Assembly: GCF_006345805.1 (NCBI RefSeq) | Contig: NC_043010.1 | Coordinates: 3,596,001 to 3,660,000 of the forward strand | Reading direction: 5' to 3' | Length of the DNA: 64,000 nt | DNA from: Octopus sinensis | Taxonomy: Eukaryota | Shown: positions 24,520-37,740 of the stretch, one piece after another | How the letters are laid out: each line of letters begins with the position of its first letter | Numbering within the stretch: position 1 is the first letter of the stretch | The notes under the pieces: model-generated | What the model saw: only the letters and a program-made list of their open reading frames with translations | Databases searched by the model: none | Told to the model about the DNA's origin: nothing | Translations under genes and position numbers: made by a program

Positions 24520-25430
24520 TCTAAACAAATTATTCTGGTTCCTATGTCTGGTATTTTGTCTGCATAAGAACATATGGACAACTATCAGCTACTGTGATTT
24601 GCACAATTTGATTAGAGCTTTGACGAAACGTAAAATTCTCAGAAGTATCTGAATTCTGAAATTGCTCTGAAAACCTTTGGCTGACGATGAATTGATACAG
24701 CAAGTGGTCACTTGGAAAGCAGCTTTCTATTCAGTTCTATAATAGATCAGTCAGGAAAAATCACAATACGTTGAAAAGGTTAATTCATTGTATTGAAATT
24801 TTGGTCTGTCATGAATTACCTTTTGGAAAGATGTTGAAACAGAAGCATCAAACAATAAGGGTTATTTTCTAGCTATATATGAAGCAGTAGCAAAATACAA
24901 TGATTGCTTAAAATCACGTTTAGATTTTGTGAAGAAAAATGCCATCTGCACATTTTCTATACTAAAAATGTATAGCTGCTACAATTGAAGGTGAAATTAA
25001 GGCAATGATTGAAAAAACAGCATGTGTTGCTGTAATGTTCGAGACTACGGATCTTTGAATGAAATCTGTCTTGTCAAATGTTTTGTGATTTGTTGATCAG
25101 AAGGAGTAGCCTCAAGAAAGGTTTTTTTTGGATTTGTCAATGTCAGTAAAAACAGAGAAGCTGCATTGCTGACAAGTTTGAAAATTTGTTAATGAATTCG
25201 ACTTTGGCCAAACATTCCTCACACAAATCTATGATGGAACAAGCATGATGGCTGGACATTCAAATGAAGCGCAAACAAGCATAAAGGAAATTTTTAGTGC
25301 AAACATGATATTTGTACATTTTTATGCACATTCACCTAATTTGGTACTTTCTAAATTGGCTTCAAGTATCATGAATGTTGAATTTTCTTCAAAGCTTTAA
25401 AAGGATTTACAAATAAACTTTAAATAGCTC
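24520..25430 (+). pseudogene. hAT (ZMYM1-like) transposase remnant
   Basis: LIHCIEILVCHELPF, NKGYFLAIYE, VAVMFETTD, FFGFVNVS, QIYDGTSMMAGH and FVHFYAHSPNLVL. Confidence 0.8.
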
Positions 25431-26243
25431 GTTATTTGTAGGTTCTATTATTTTCTCAGATTTCTCTTTTAACCAATGATGGTCATCATGACAGGCTCTT
25501 TACTAGAGCTAATGGGAGAACATCAAGTCCAGTTGAGATGTGTATCAAGCCTGAAGTGTGGCCTATAAGCAGAAATGCATCTTCTCACATTAAAATCAGC
25601 TTATATCACATACACAAATGATGGTGGAGGAATAGTTTTTAAGTGGGTGGGAGAGAGTAGGGCTCCACTGACCCACTCTCTGCCTTGGCAATTGGCCTGC
25701 ATTATGGACTACATGCCCTGGTTTCCAAGTCACCCTTAACTACTGATGCATAGATACATACACACGTGCACACACACACACACGTGCACACACACACACG
25801 TGCACACATGCACACTCACACACACACACACACACACATGTATATATCTATATATATATATCTATATATACCTGGCAAGTTAGTTTCATTCTAAGGGCCT
25901 ACAAAACTTTAACTTGCATGGAGATGAGTCAAACTTTTATATAAAATGATATATGTGACTCCTGTCAAATGTGTGTGTGTGTGCATTTATCTAGTGATTT
26001 CCTCCACAGTCTATCATGTCCAGTCTTCACATGCATGGGTAGGCAAACTCAATCTACTGGAGGGTTTGAGACCTGTCAGCTACTGTTACCATAGTTTAGC
26101 TGGCTTGTGGAAGCCATTGCTTGGGGTGTTGCTGCTGTTGCAAGCAGACAACTTTGAGGAGCCACAGGAGAGCTGGGTGTCAGGTGAGGACCAAAGTGGA
26201 TGAATTACTCTGAAGAGCACTACATATTTCCCCACCAGAAGTA

Positions 26244-26788
26244 CAGTAATACCTCACGTTATGAGGACCTGCTTTATGAGACCCCAGGTTTATGAGTTTT
26301 ACTTTTCAAATACTAGATCCAAATTTTGAATGAAGTGCAAAAGTTTCTGCTACCATACCATATGATTCTGCGTGTTACTGAGAAATTTATAGAAAGCAAA
26401 AAAAAGTTTCTTCTAAGTAAACTGCTCTAGACTTCTTTTTTAAAAAGAAATCTACAAGTCTGTCTATGAGTGCTTGTGAATCGGTAATTGCGTCTACAAG
26501 TGTCGGTGTGCATGAGTCTAGTGAAAGTAAAAGGGATTCAGAAAACAATTATAATAATATTTTTTATTGCAAATGATCTTGACATAAAATTTTCTTTACA
26601 ATCTACTGTTGTTTAATTGCCATTTATTTATGAGTATTATAAATTTTATGGGTAAAATATTTTTCTGGGAACAAATTACTGGTTTATAACATCATTGCTA
26701 CTATGAAAACTTATTGCTCTGCTTTAGGAGTTTTTTCTTTGCGATCAGTTTCCAGGAACAAATTAACTCATATATTGAAGCATTAGTG
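26244..26788. mobile_element. Tigger/pogo-like non-autonomous element
   Basis: ta|cagtaatacctcacgttatgag ... ctcatatattgaagcattagtg|ta: imperfect TIRs with TA flanks. Confidence 0.5.
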
Positions 26789-28402
26789 TACCACCCTTCA
26801 CAAATCCCCCATGCACCCACAAGAACAAGATTGCCCTGCTTCGTGGAGCTTCACTAACAGAAATGCAAGCACCTACAAACAGAACAGGATTGCAAGAGTA
26901 CAAAGAAAATGCAAACTGCATAAGTCCTGAGAAAACTCATTATCTTCAGCCACAACAGATCGCCAATGCCCAACTTCTATCAGAGTATTCTAAGCATACA
27001 TTAGACAGATTGGCCACGGCTGGACAGCACTGTGCCCGGTTTTCTTCTTCCATATTATGTCATTGCTAATTGTTAACGATGACAGACAAACTAATAATGT
27101 GTATTTATATATATTTGTGTATAAATAGGTACATATATCTGTGTGTGTGTGTGAGCATGTGCACACACATTTATATATATATGTCTCTGTGTGTATGTAT
27201 ATACATGTGTATGTGTGTGTGTGTGTGTGTATGCATGTGTAATATATATATATATGTATATTGAGAGAAGAAATTGTCCGCATTCATTGCACTTCAATTC
27301 CTGCTGGGTTTCTGCATGCACTACACTTGGGTCCCACTTATGGAGTGATTACTTCAAAGCAACGTGTTCTACTCACTTTTGCTCAAAGGCACCAAATCTA
27401 TACTTGAGGGTCTCCTTGAGATATACATATCAATCTACAAAGCTTTAAAAATGCCAAGGAGAGATTGAGCTGCTTGTGAGATGAAGCTACCATCAAATGC
27501 ACCACAATACATTTACACGAAAAAAGGGACCGATAGAATAAGTAATAGGCTTCAAAAAATAAGTCCTTGAGTTGATTTGTTTAACTAAAATCCAAGGCAG
27601 TACCCGTGCATGGCTACTGTCAAATGACTGAAGTAAGTAAAATATAAAAAGTAATATATATATAGAGAGAGAGAGATGCATATATATGTGTAAATATATA
27701 TGTGTGTATGTATAGCATATGTGTATATATAGTATATGTATGTATATGTATTTATATGTGTATATATATAGGTGTATTTATGCATATATATGTATATATG
27801 TGTGTATATATAGTGGATATATGCTAACATATATGTACATTTATGTATGTATACATATATGTGTATATATATAGTATATGTGTGTATATATAGCGTATGT
27901 ATGCTTATATATAGGTATATTTATAGATGTATATATGTGTGTATGTGTGAAGTATATGTGTGTATATATAATACATGTATGTATGTGTATATATCATCTT
28001 CATTGTATAATGTCCGTTTTCCACGCTGGCAAGGGTTGGACAGTTTGACTGAGGTCTGGAGAACCAGTGGCTGCAATCTGATCTGGCAATGTCTCTATAG
28101 CTGGATGCCCTTCCTAACGGAGAGTGTAGTGGCTGCTTTTTACATGCCACCGGCACAGGAGCCAGCCATATGGGCCTGGCATTGATCACATTTGGATAGT
28201 GCTTTTTATGTGTCACAGGCACATGACCTGGCCAGTGGGTACTGGCATCGGCCACATTTGGATGGTGCTTTTTACATGCCATGTATATATAGTACATGTA
28301 TGTATGTGTGTGTATATGTATATACGCTCACACACACACATATATATATATAAGCATACACACACACACATATATATATATTTATATATATATATATATA
28401 TT

Positions 28403-28518
28403 GGCCTGCTCGCTTAGCCAGCGGGGTGGTGTCATTCGAAGGCTAAAACAATGCGAACGCATTGTGACCAGCGATGTGTAACAACATCTGATGGTCTAGT
28501 CGGTCACGTGATCATGTG
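28403..28518 (+). mobile_element. ~115-bp short element carrying the RTE-1-like 3' tail
   Basis: gcattgtgaccagcgatgtgtaacaacatctgatggtctagtcggtc is similar to the tails at 12836-12885 and ~57067-57115; its 5' part is unrelated to the ORF; flanked by (TA)n. Confidence 0.6.
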
Positions 28519-31368
28519 ATATATATATATATGCATGTATATATGTGTATATATATATATATGTGGATATACTTGTGTGTGTATATATACATACATATAT
28601 GTGCACATATATTTATATACATGTGTGTGTGTGTGTAAATATATGCATGAATACTTTTGTGTGTGTGAGTGTAACGAAAAGGCAAAAACCAATATTTCTC
28701 TGTGATGCTGTTGCTATTTTATAGTCTTATGATTGCCTATGTAGGTCATCGTAAAAAGGAGCTGGTGTTTGGAAACCCATCTTTACTCCCGTAAGCCCTG
28801 CTACTTATTTACATTGAACTCCACTCACTCTGAGTGGTCAATCCAACAAGAAAATTATATTGATTTTATTAGCCACAATATAAAAGTTGGCAAAGCAGCT
28901 ATAAAATTATTGTACTATGATAAAAAATAATAATATTAATGATTTTGAATTATTTATAACATGAAATGGAGGATTCCTACCATTGTCAGGTAGTTTGAGA
29001 ATTATCATACATTAACCTATTTATTTTTTACTAATATATTTCAATACTGTTCTTTTCATAAATACTTGTCATACTTCCTTTTCTCAGTTTTTATTTTATT
29101 TTGATGTTGTTTTGTTGTTGCAGTGTAAAATTTAGTTGCTTGTACGATAAGATAAAAATATAAATAGTGTTTGGCAACACTGCAACTGTTGAAGCCAGCA
29201 GAGGTTCAAGGTGGGTTGGGATATGAACGAAAGTCACATACACTTTTATTGCTTATTTTTAATGATGTCAGGTATTGGGCTGCGGCCATGCCGGTGCAGT
29301 TTTCAAATATTCTGCTACTCATTTGAGTCAATAAATTATCAGATAGTTAACATTTTTTTTTTATATATAAAAGTGTACAAATTTACTAAAACATAAACAC
29401 AGTGATATGTATGTGTGTGTGTGAGTGTGTATATAAATGCAAATGCATTGAGAGGGAGGCAGAGAGAGAAAGAGAGAGAGAGAGATTTTATTGTGAGAGA
29501 CTCCTTTCATCAGTTGTTAAAACAGTTTTGGTAGTCTGATATTATTGATCCCTTTAACAAAGTGCATTAATGCTATCAGGGAATGTCTGGGCTCTTTTAG
29601 CTGACACTATAACATGCATTTCCTTCTCTCGCCCCTGCAGCCACCACACCCAACTGGCTGCAGCTGTGATCTCTCTAGCCAGGCAATAACTATTTTGTTT
29701 TACTACTTGTTGAAAATATATTATTAGTTCTCGGCTTTTGTTTTTCTTTCATATGCGTCTGCCACATCCGTGATGCAGCGTTTCTCTTTGCCTCCCCAGT
29801 TCATGAATCACTGTTCTACTGTCTTTCCTAATTCTAATGCCTGACCATTGTGGGTCCAGCTACAAAACCATGCTATTTCATCACTACTGAAAACACTTTA
29901 CCATCTCCATCTCCTCCACTACCATCCTCATAGTCTTCATGATCCCCTAACTTATTTATAATTTAAGCCTTTCATTTCACATGATCACACTGTGTGTGGT
30001 GTGTGTGTATGCATACACACACACACACACACATATTGCCATTTTATAGCTGATTTCCGTGCTGGCTAGATCATTACTGAATAGCGAAAGTGGTTGGGAG
30101 ACCACATCTTACTTGTAAATTTCCTTTTTGGCTTAGCTTTTATAGCTGAATACCATTTCTAACATTACTCACTTTATAAAGTGGTTGACATATGTAGGTG
30201 CCAAAGAATGCATTCAGTACTGGCATTAGGAAAGTTGTTATATCTTTGATATGACTAAAGAGAGCTCTCAATATTGCACTTACAGCAGTGTACTGGATGC
30301 ATTCTGTTGTGGCACCAGCACTTGTGAGGGTAGGAATGAGAGCAGGATCCATTGATAGCTAGAGTTGGATCAATGCTAAGAGTGAATGGTAGATGAGGAT
30401 ACGAAGAGGACAAGTAATATGATAGAGCTCACCTTTCTCTTGTAGAGCAAAAAATAAAGCCCATAAAATCATTTTCCAGTCTCTGCAGCATAGATACCAC
30501 CGAATATATGAAAACATAATGAAGGTGTCATACTCCAGCACTCCTAATGTGGCTGGCATGACAACTGTTTTTAATAGGTACACACTTAATATACATAGTG
30601 TTGGCAATAGAATTGGTCAGTTCAGGGAGCACCTCAAAAGTGGACTCTCTTTGAAATTGCATGTGAAATGATGTTCACTCCAATGAGATTTGCAGAAAAT
30701 ACACCTCTGGTTTGGGTAATAGGAATAGCCACAAAAATCAGGGATATATCAATAACACCACCAATGTGTGAAATTTGTAACCAACCATGCCAGTACTCTA
30801 TCTCCATAGTGAAGAGGGATATCATTACACCAGATGATGTCTCTTCCCTACCAGATATAACTGTAGGACATCCCTGGAATACTCCTTGTAAAGATACTGT
30901 GTACAAATCAACAAAATGTACAAATGTGCTACAGAATTTTATTAAGTATTAAAGAGGAGCTACAATGAGCCCCATGAAGCAGGGCATCTCCATGCATAGG
31001 CATTCTGCCTCTAAGCCTCAAGTTTCCTAGCAGAGTACCTGCAGAATCTAGTAGAAATGGTTGGTTGTGGGAATTTCCCTGCACTACTAGGAGAGCGGAG
31101 AAAGTGTCCTTGCAGACTGTGTGCTAAAAACTGATTTGTGTTTCGATGAATTAACAAAACCTATTTAGGAAATAAAAGTGATAAATTTGGGATGTTCTAC
31201 ACACAGAGAAAGAGTTAGGCATTCCACCACCACAAGATTAGGAATAGTGCTACCGTCTCATTTCCTTGTATACACTAATTGAAAACTATATTACATATAT
31301 GACCATCTTCCTGCAACTATGTCCCCATATAACCATTTTTCTATCATCGTATCTATTAATTGCAAGTA

Positions 31369-32857
31369 CAGGGTGGGGCAGAGAGGATGCACATTTTTGA
31401 AATGGCTATTGCTTAACCTCAGGAGGAAGGACTTATGTCTGACAGATACCTATTTCTTTATTACCCAGAAGGGGCTAAACACAGAGGGGACAAACAAGGA
31501 CAGACATAGGTATTAAGTCGATTACATCGACCCCAGTGCGTAACTGGTACTTAATTTATCGACCCCGAAAGGATGAAAGGCAAAGTCGACCTCGGCAGAA
31601 TTTGAACTCACAACGAAACGCAGACGAAATACCGCTAAGTATTTCACCCAGCATGCTAACGTTTATGCCAGCTCACCGCCGATATGTCTGACAGATACCA
31701 TTCAGTCCATGGTGTCTTAGCAATTTTTTTACTTTTCAGGTGAAGCCATGGCACTGTAGACAATAGAGTGTCGTGTGTTTGCCTATGATAGTTATGTGAA
31801 GAATAATGAGTCTGTCACAGCAGTTCAGTGTGAGTTTCAGCGCCTCTTCAACATTCATCAAAATCAGGCTGTTCCCACCTGTAGCACAATTTTACATTAG
31901 GTGAATGCACTTTGTACATGAGGTACATTAATTTATAGGAGACCAGTGGGGGCGCCACAAATGGTACAGACCCCAGAAAATATGGAACATGTCAGACTGG
32001 CTTTCATACGGAATATGAATTGCTCTGCTTGGAGGCATTCCACTAAACTTGGCATCGGTAATCGATCAGTAAGGCATATTTTGCATAAAAACCTGCATTT
32101 CCCCCTGTACAAATTGGCCATTGGGAAACAGTTGAAACTATGGGACTATGCACAGCAGCTTAACTTCATATGTCAGATGGAAGCAATTTTTGAGGCGAAT
32201 GACAACCTCATTTTGTTAATGAGAGATGAAGCTCATGGCATGGTGAATCAACAGAATTGTCATTATTGGGCTCTTGAAAATCTGAGAGAACTGCATGAAA
32301 GACCATTGCATTGCCCAAAAGTGACAGTCTTGTGTGCTACTGGAAAAGCTGCTGTCATTGGTCCTTACTTTTTAAAGACTAATGGAAATGCCATTACCGG
32401 TGAACTCCGAGTGTTACAACGAGATGATAAACAGCTTCTTTGTGACTGAATTAGAATGAAAACGTCTGCCTATTCAAAGTATGTGGGTTTCAGCAATGGA
32501 CGTTCTTCGCCCTCTCTTTGGTGATCATCTCATTTCCAGGTTTGATGACATTCCTTGGTCCCCTGATTTGTCCATGTGTGATTATTTCTTGTGTAGAATC
32601 TTAAAGGCATAAGCTATTCACGTGGAAGTCGCCCAAATTGACAAAGCAATACTGGAGAGAGTGGAAGCCAACTTCCAAGAATGCCTTCAGAAACGCATCA
32701 ATGAAAACGGACACCACATGATGGATGTTGTTTTCCACACTTGATTTTGACAAATCCTAATTCAATACGAACATATTGATGTCAATAAAGTTTGTTTACA
32801 GCTAAAATCAATGATTTTGTGAATTTTTCAAAAACGTTCGTCCTCTTTACCCACCCA
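31369..32857 (+). mobile_element. Tc1/mariner-superfamily transposon (rosa/DD41D-like), near full length, degenerate transposase
   Basis: TIRs ta|cagggtggggcagagaggatgcacatttt and aaaacgttcgtcctctttacccaccc; DSYVKNNESVTAVQ.EF, LLMRDEAH, HERPLHCPKVTV, GFQQ and W..DLSMCDYF. Confidence 0.88.
31451..31682 (-). mobile_element. SINE family B inserted into a mariner element, 17-bp TSD
   Basis: TSD tatgtctgacagatacc at 31434-31450 and 31683-31699. Confidence 0.92.
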
Positions 32858-33072
32858 TAGGTATGCTCATTTCAAAGACAATAATGCAGTGCAATATCAA
32901 GTACTACCACTGCTCTCATTGAACTTCACGGCACCAGGTAACTCATCTGTCACTACAATTAACAGTTAAGAGTTGAACTATTCTCAAATCACCACTGCCT
33001 GGAGCTCTAATGTTGAATCCATATAATATTACACTTTCCTGCATAGATACACATTGGATATTATATAATGAA

Positions 33073-33470
33073 ACTAGCAGTATCACCCGGCGTTGCTCGG
33101 GTTTGTAAGGGAAATAACTATATAAGCATTTTTAGATATGTAAAGTATAATAGCCATCTCAATATGGCTAACCACAAAGGGGGGGGTGTTACTGTAGCTT
33201 TTTACGTTCTGAGATTTAATAATAAATTTTTAGAGAGTTACTTCCCTTATATATGCAAAAAATGCATTAAAAATGGGAAAAATTGATGGTAAATTTTTTT
33301 TTAAATTGTAGACTCATCGTAGATGCACGCTAATACCCAGAAGGGCTCGATATGAACCACGACTATAAGATACCCGGTTTTGGTTAAACTGCACCGCAAA
33401 ATGTGGGAGTAGTTAGGAATCTAAATCGTAGGAGACAGACAGCACACAACCTCACTTTTATATATAAAGA
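33073..33470 (+). mobile_element. Helitron/Helentron-like non-autonomous repeat (~400 bp)
   Basis: Starts actagcagtatcacccggcgttgctcggg (hairpin-forming), ends ttttatatataaaga; three copies in the window. Confidence 0.75.
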
Positions 33471-34465
33471 AGATATGTAATACCTGCAGTGTATGACACT
33501 GACTTGTGTAACACCTTTGGATAGCTTATTCCTACATTTGTATTAGCTTAGCAAACTTACATGCACAAAGCAGGTGCTTGTGTGTATGTTGAAGTATCTG
33601 GAGAGAATGAAGTCAGATAGTGACACATTTCCCTGTTGGTGCATTATTTGTGAGTATATATGTATTCATGTAAAATTTCATTTTTATGGTTGTATGACTG
33701 TGTACATGTGCATGAATATCTACATGTGTATGTGTGTGTATGTTTAAATGGAAATGTATTTGTGTGTATATTTGTGGCAGCTTGACTGTTTATATGGTGA
33801 AATGTGACGTTATGATTCATGTAAGTAGATTTCGAATGAGATTCAAATTCAAATATGAACAGAAAGGGTTAACATCACAAAATAATCTTCACAGTCTATT
33901 GAATGGAACCTGATTTGATTGTTATACTTCATACCTCACTATCAAACACTACATTGCAGATTGACATATTCTACCTGTTGTACTTACATTTGTTTAGTAA
34001 CTTGTATAACACAGCACTCTCTAGAATAAGCTGAAGCTCCTCAGCAAATGACTGATTCTGTTAGAGTGGATATTTCTAGCAAATGCTTTTCTTTGATTTA
34101 TCAGAAATATTTGTATTGTTAGAAACATTTTCTGGTTCATAACATTTTTAGATTAAATTTCTTTTTAAATGAAATATTTGAGGCTGATGTGTTCCTAAGG
34201 CAATATGATGTCAAATTTAATTATATCTATTCTCTTTCATCCCCATATATAATGAAACCTACATCTTCTTTACTTTCTTATTGTCACCCATGTCATAGTT
34301 GCAGGCATGCATGTGTGGTTAAGAAGTTTACTTTCAACCATGTACTTTTGAGGTCAGTTCCACTGTGTGACAACTTGGGCAAGTGTTTTCTAATATGGCT
34401 TCTGGCTTACTAAAGCCTTATGAGTGGATTTGTAAAATGGGAACTGAAAGAAGCCCATTTATATA

Positions 34466-34900
34466 CAGGGCCAGATTAAGACTCATTGAGGCTCTAAGCA
34501 CTTAAAAGATTTTGGTGCCCCCATAAAAGATTATGTAATTCAAAATATAAACCATAACAAACCATAAAATAAATTTTCATTTTGCAAAACGAAACAAAAC
34601 AGTAAGAAGGAAAATAATGTTTATTTTTGTATACTTCCACTTTATTTATATTTGAAAAGTTTCCTCCTACTCTTTGGAACTGCAGAGTCTTTGATCAGAT
34701 CCTCGAAATTAATCTTAGGTAACACACCTGCATCTATACTTAGTAGGAATAAAGGCATCCTAAATATTATTTTAGCAAGTTTAAAATGATTTCGTTTGTG
34801 ACATAAACCATTTACCATTTTTATGGTGCCCCCTCCTTCCCTTGATGTCCTAAACTCCTGCTTCTTTTGCTTAATGGTTAATCTAGCACTGTTTATATAT
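34466..34900 (-). mobile_element. hAT element 3' end (dimerisation-domain tail plus TIR)
   Basis: LLSIDAGVLPKINFEDLIKDSAVPKSRRKLF*, with terminal cagggccagattaag at 34466. Confidence 0.65.
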
Positions 34901-35399
34901 ATATATATACATTGATTAACAGGGGATAGATTCAGTATCAAACCTTTATTGCGTATGTGTAAGTACATATGTGTGTGTGTGAGTGTCCAGATATACATAT
35001 ATAGGAGTGTGCCTGTGTGTTTTTGTGTGGGGGGTATATGTGTGCATGTGTGTGTGCCCATGTGTGTATGTGTTAAGCTTCCTTTCAGTTTCCATCTACT
35101 AAATCTACTCACAAGGCTTTGGTTGGCCAGGGACTACATTAGGAGATACTTGTCCAAAGTACCACATAGTGGAAATGAATCTGAAACTATGTTGTTGGGA
35201 AGCAAACTTCTTACCACACAGCCATACCTGTGCCTATAAAATGCTTGGTATTAAATCATAATCCCAGTCATCTTAAAAGGAGTCAATATGTTTGGGAAAC
35301 AAGCTTATAATAATTTGAAATATGATTCTAAAGAGCTAAATAAACCATTAGTGCCTAATAACTGAGATTTTTCATTGACCATGATTTATCTGACTTTTG

Positions 35400-37200
35400 C
35401 ATTTCAAGAATTTCTATCTCTACAGTATTATAATTTTAGTCACATCAGCTTGAATGTAAAGGTAAATTCTGGTCCTTAACTGTATCTGTTGTGTGTGTTG
35501 ATTTGAAATGTATAGCATATATGACAAACCTTTAAAACTTTCAATATTCACTGACTCAAGTGTAGGGATTTCTGCTGAAGCAATACACATATGTTGCTCC
35601 ACTTGGAATTGCTCTTTTGAAAACCATGAATTCATTAAAGCCAAAATGAGAGATTTAACTATTCCTTCAAGTTATCGTGGAATTTTGATGTTGTAATCAA
35701 CAAAAATAGTGGCAAAAGGCATTTAGTGGTTGACTGCACATCTAGTATTTATAGATTCACATAGTTTGATGCTTCTCCCATCCTACTCATTAGTGATGTT
35801 TTAAGTCAAATTCATGGAAGTCATCATTTCATTACTCTGACCTTCATTCAGCCTATCATCAAGTGTCTTTGCCTCCCCAGGGACAAGATTTTATAACTTT
35901 TGAAGCAAGTTATGAACTATGCCAATTAATGTGATTGTCTCATGGAGTTACAAATGAACTGATGATTTTTTAGCAGAGTAATGAGAAAAATTAAATACTT
36001 GGAAGGAATAGTTAATTACTTTGATGATCTGATGATATGTGGAGAAAATAAAATGGGTGCATGATGAAAATGTTGAAGATTTTTACAAATATTCCCAAGT
36101 AGTAAATTCCAAAAAATGTAAATTCATTGTGACTGAGTTATTATTCCCAGGTCACATTTTAGAACTGGCAAAATTCTTTGAATCTAATAGAATATGACTA
36201 CTACTTGACTTTCCTGTATATCTAAATTCCAAGAAATTTGAGTGTTTCATTGGGTTAATAGTATATTATGCAGAATGGCTAAAAGGTGAAATTGTGGCAG
36301 CTGTTGAAGTTAAACAATAACATTTTCTATTATTGGTTGAATGTCTTGATGCAATTAAGTAACTGAAAGACAGGTATGCAGTTTTGACACCTGGTTCACT
36401 AATTATCCAGATACAAAATGGGCAGTCAATTTGCTTCTGTACACAAGATTGAATGATATTGAAAATAAATGGCCTTCTGTAGAGTTAGATGCCCTTGTAA
36501 TAGTCATATTAGTTGAAAAAAATGTGACATTATGAATTAACACAAAATCTCAAGCTTGTTACAGATCAACAAGCAATGACTTTCCTATTTGAAGGTTGAA
36601 TTAAATCTGCTATTTAAAATTCTAAGTTTCAGTGTAGTCTTACTGGAGACTACAATTCTTGAGAGCTCCTATGGAATAAAATACTTTCTGGAAAGGAATT
36701 TGGCTGCAGATGTTGCCAGTGGAATTTCCGCGATTGAGATGGATGACGAATTGATGTCAACTGATGAACAAATTAAGATAAGTGAAAATCTGTGAAGAGA
36801 TGGGATACTCTTTGTGTATATATGAGAAAATTAATTTGTAATAACCTATTTAGAAAACTCATGAGGAGTAAAAGTAGATTATGTTAGGTATGTGCAAGGT
36901 TGACAACTCATTTTATCAAAATTACAAGTAACCAACAGTTCCAAAACCAATTACTATAATAGGTGATTCTTACATTTTTGACAGTATTTGATGAGTTTAC
37001 ATGTTCTTTTGCATAAAATAAAATCAGCCTCTTAAGTTATTATTCAATTCTTCCCCAGCTATTCATCCTGTTCAGCACTCTAAGCATTGTATTGTTCTTG
37101 TACTACTGTACTACTCAGTTTGAAGGCACTGAAATTTTAGAATTTTTAAGTAGATAAAATATTCATAATACTAGAACAACTCTTTGCCATTCTTCATCAT
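35400..37200 (+). pseudogene. Ty3/Gypsy LTR-retrotransposon pol remnant (RT, RNase H, integrase traces)
   Basis: Frameshifted motifs KRHLVVDC, DLHSAYHQV, ITFEA, VNYFDDLMICG (YxDD), KKCKF..FPGH, TDQQAM and YGIKYFLERNLAADVAS. No LTRs identified. Confidence 0.85.
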
Positions 37201-37302
37201 ATAAACAAAATGACCATTTTGATGTAGCGATAAGGAAAACTACTCAGCTACGTCTAAATGAAACAAACAAAAGACAATAAACTCTCTTTTGTTTTAATAA
37301 AT

Positions 37303-37740
37303 ACTAGCAGTATTGCCCGGCGTTGCTCGGATTTGTAAGGGAAATAACTATATAAGCATTTTTAGAGAGTTACTTCCCTTATATAATAAACCTTTACATA
37401 AATAAATAACGTGAAATACACGAAGGGATGAACAAAAAGACAAACGGGTCATTCAAAGCCTTCGTTCTTCAGTCAGAAACTGATTCCTCATCGCAGATTT
37501 TGGCTGTTTAATTCTGAAGAGCAAAAATCATTAAAAATGCGGAAAAATGATGGTAATTTTTTTTTTAAATCGTAGACTCATCATAGACGCGCGTTAATAC
37601 CCAGAAGGGCTCGATATGAATGACGACTATAAGACACCCGCTTTTGGTTAAACTGCACCGCAAAATGTGGGAGTAGTTAGGAATCTAAATCGGAGGAGAC
37701 AGAGTCTCACACACACAACTTTAATTTTATATATAAAGAT
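37303..37740 (+). mobile_element. Same Helitron-like repeat, with a deletion and a ~133-bp nested insertion (37388-37520)
   Basis: Matches 33073-33470 on both sides of a foreign segment. Confidence 0.75.

Noticed and set aside
37388-37520. Minus-strand CTGAAGA motif in the nested insert, a possible hammerhead
   Set aside because: No GAAA core or convincing stems in this copy; a consensus would be needed.
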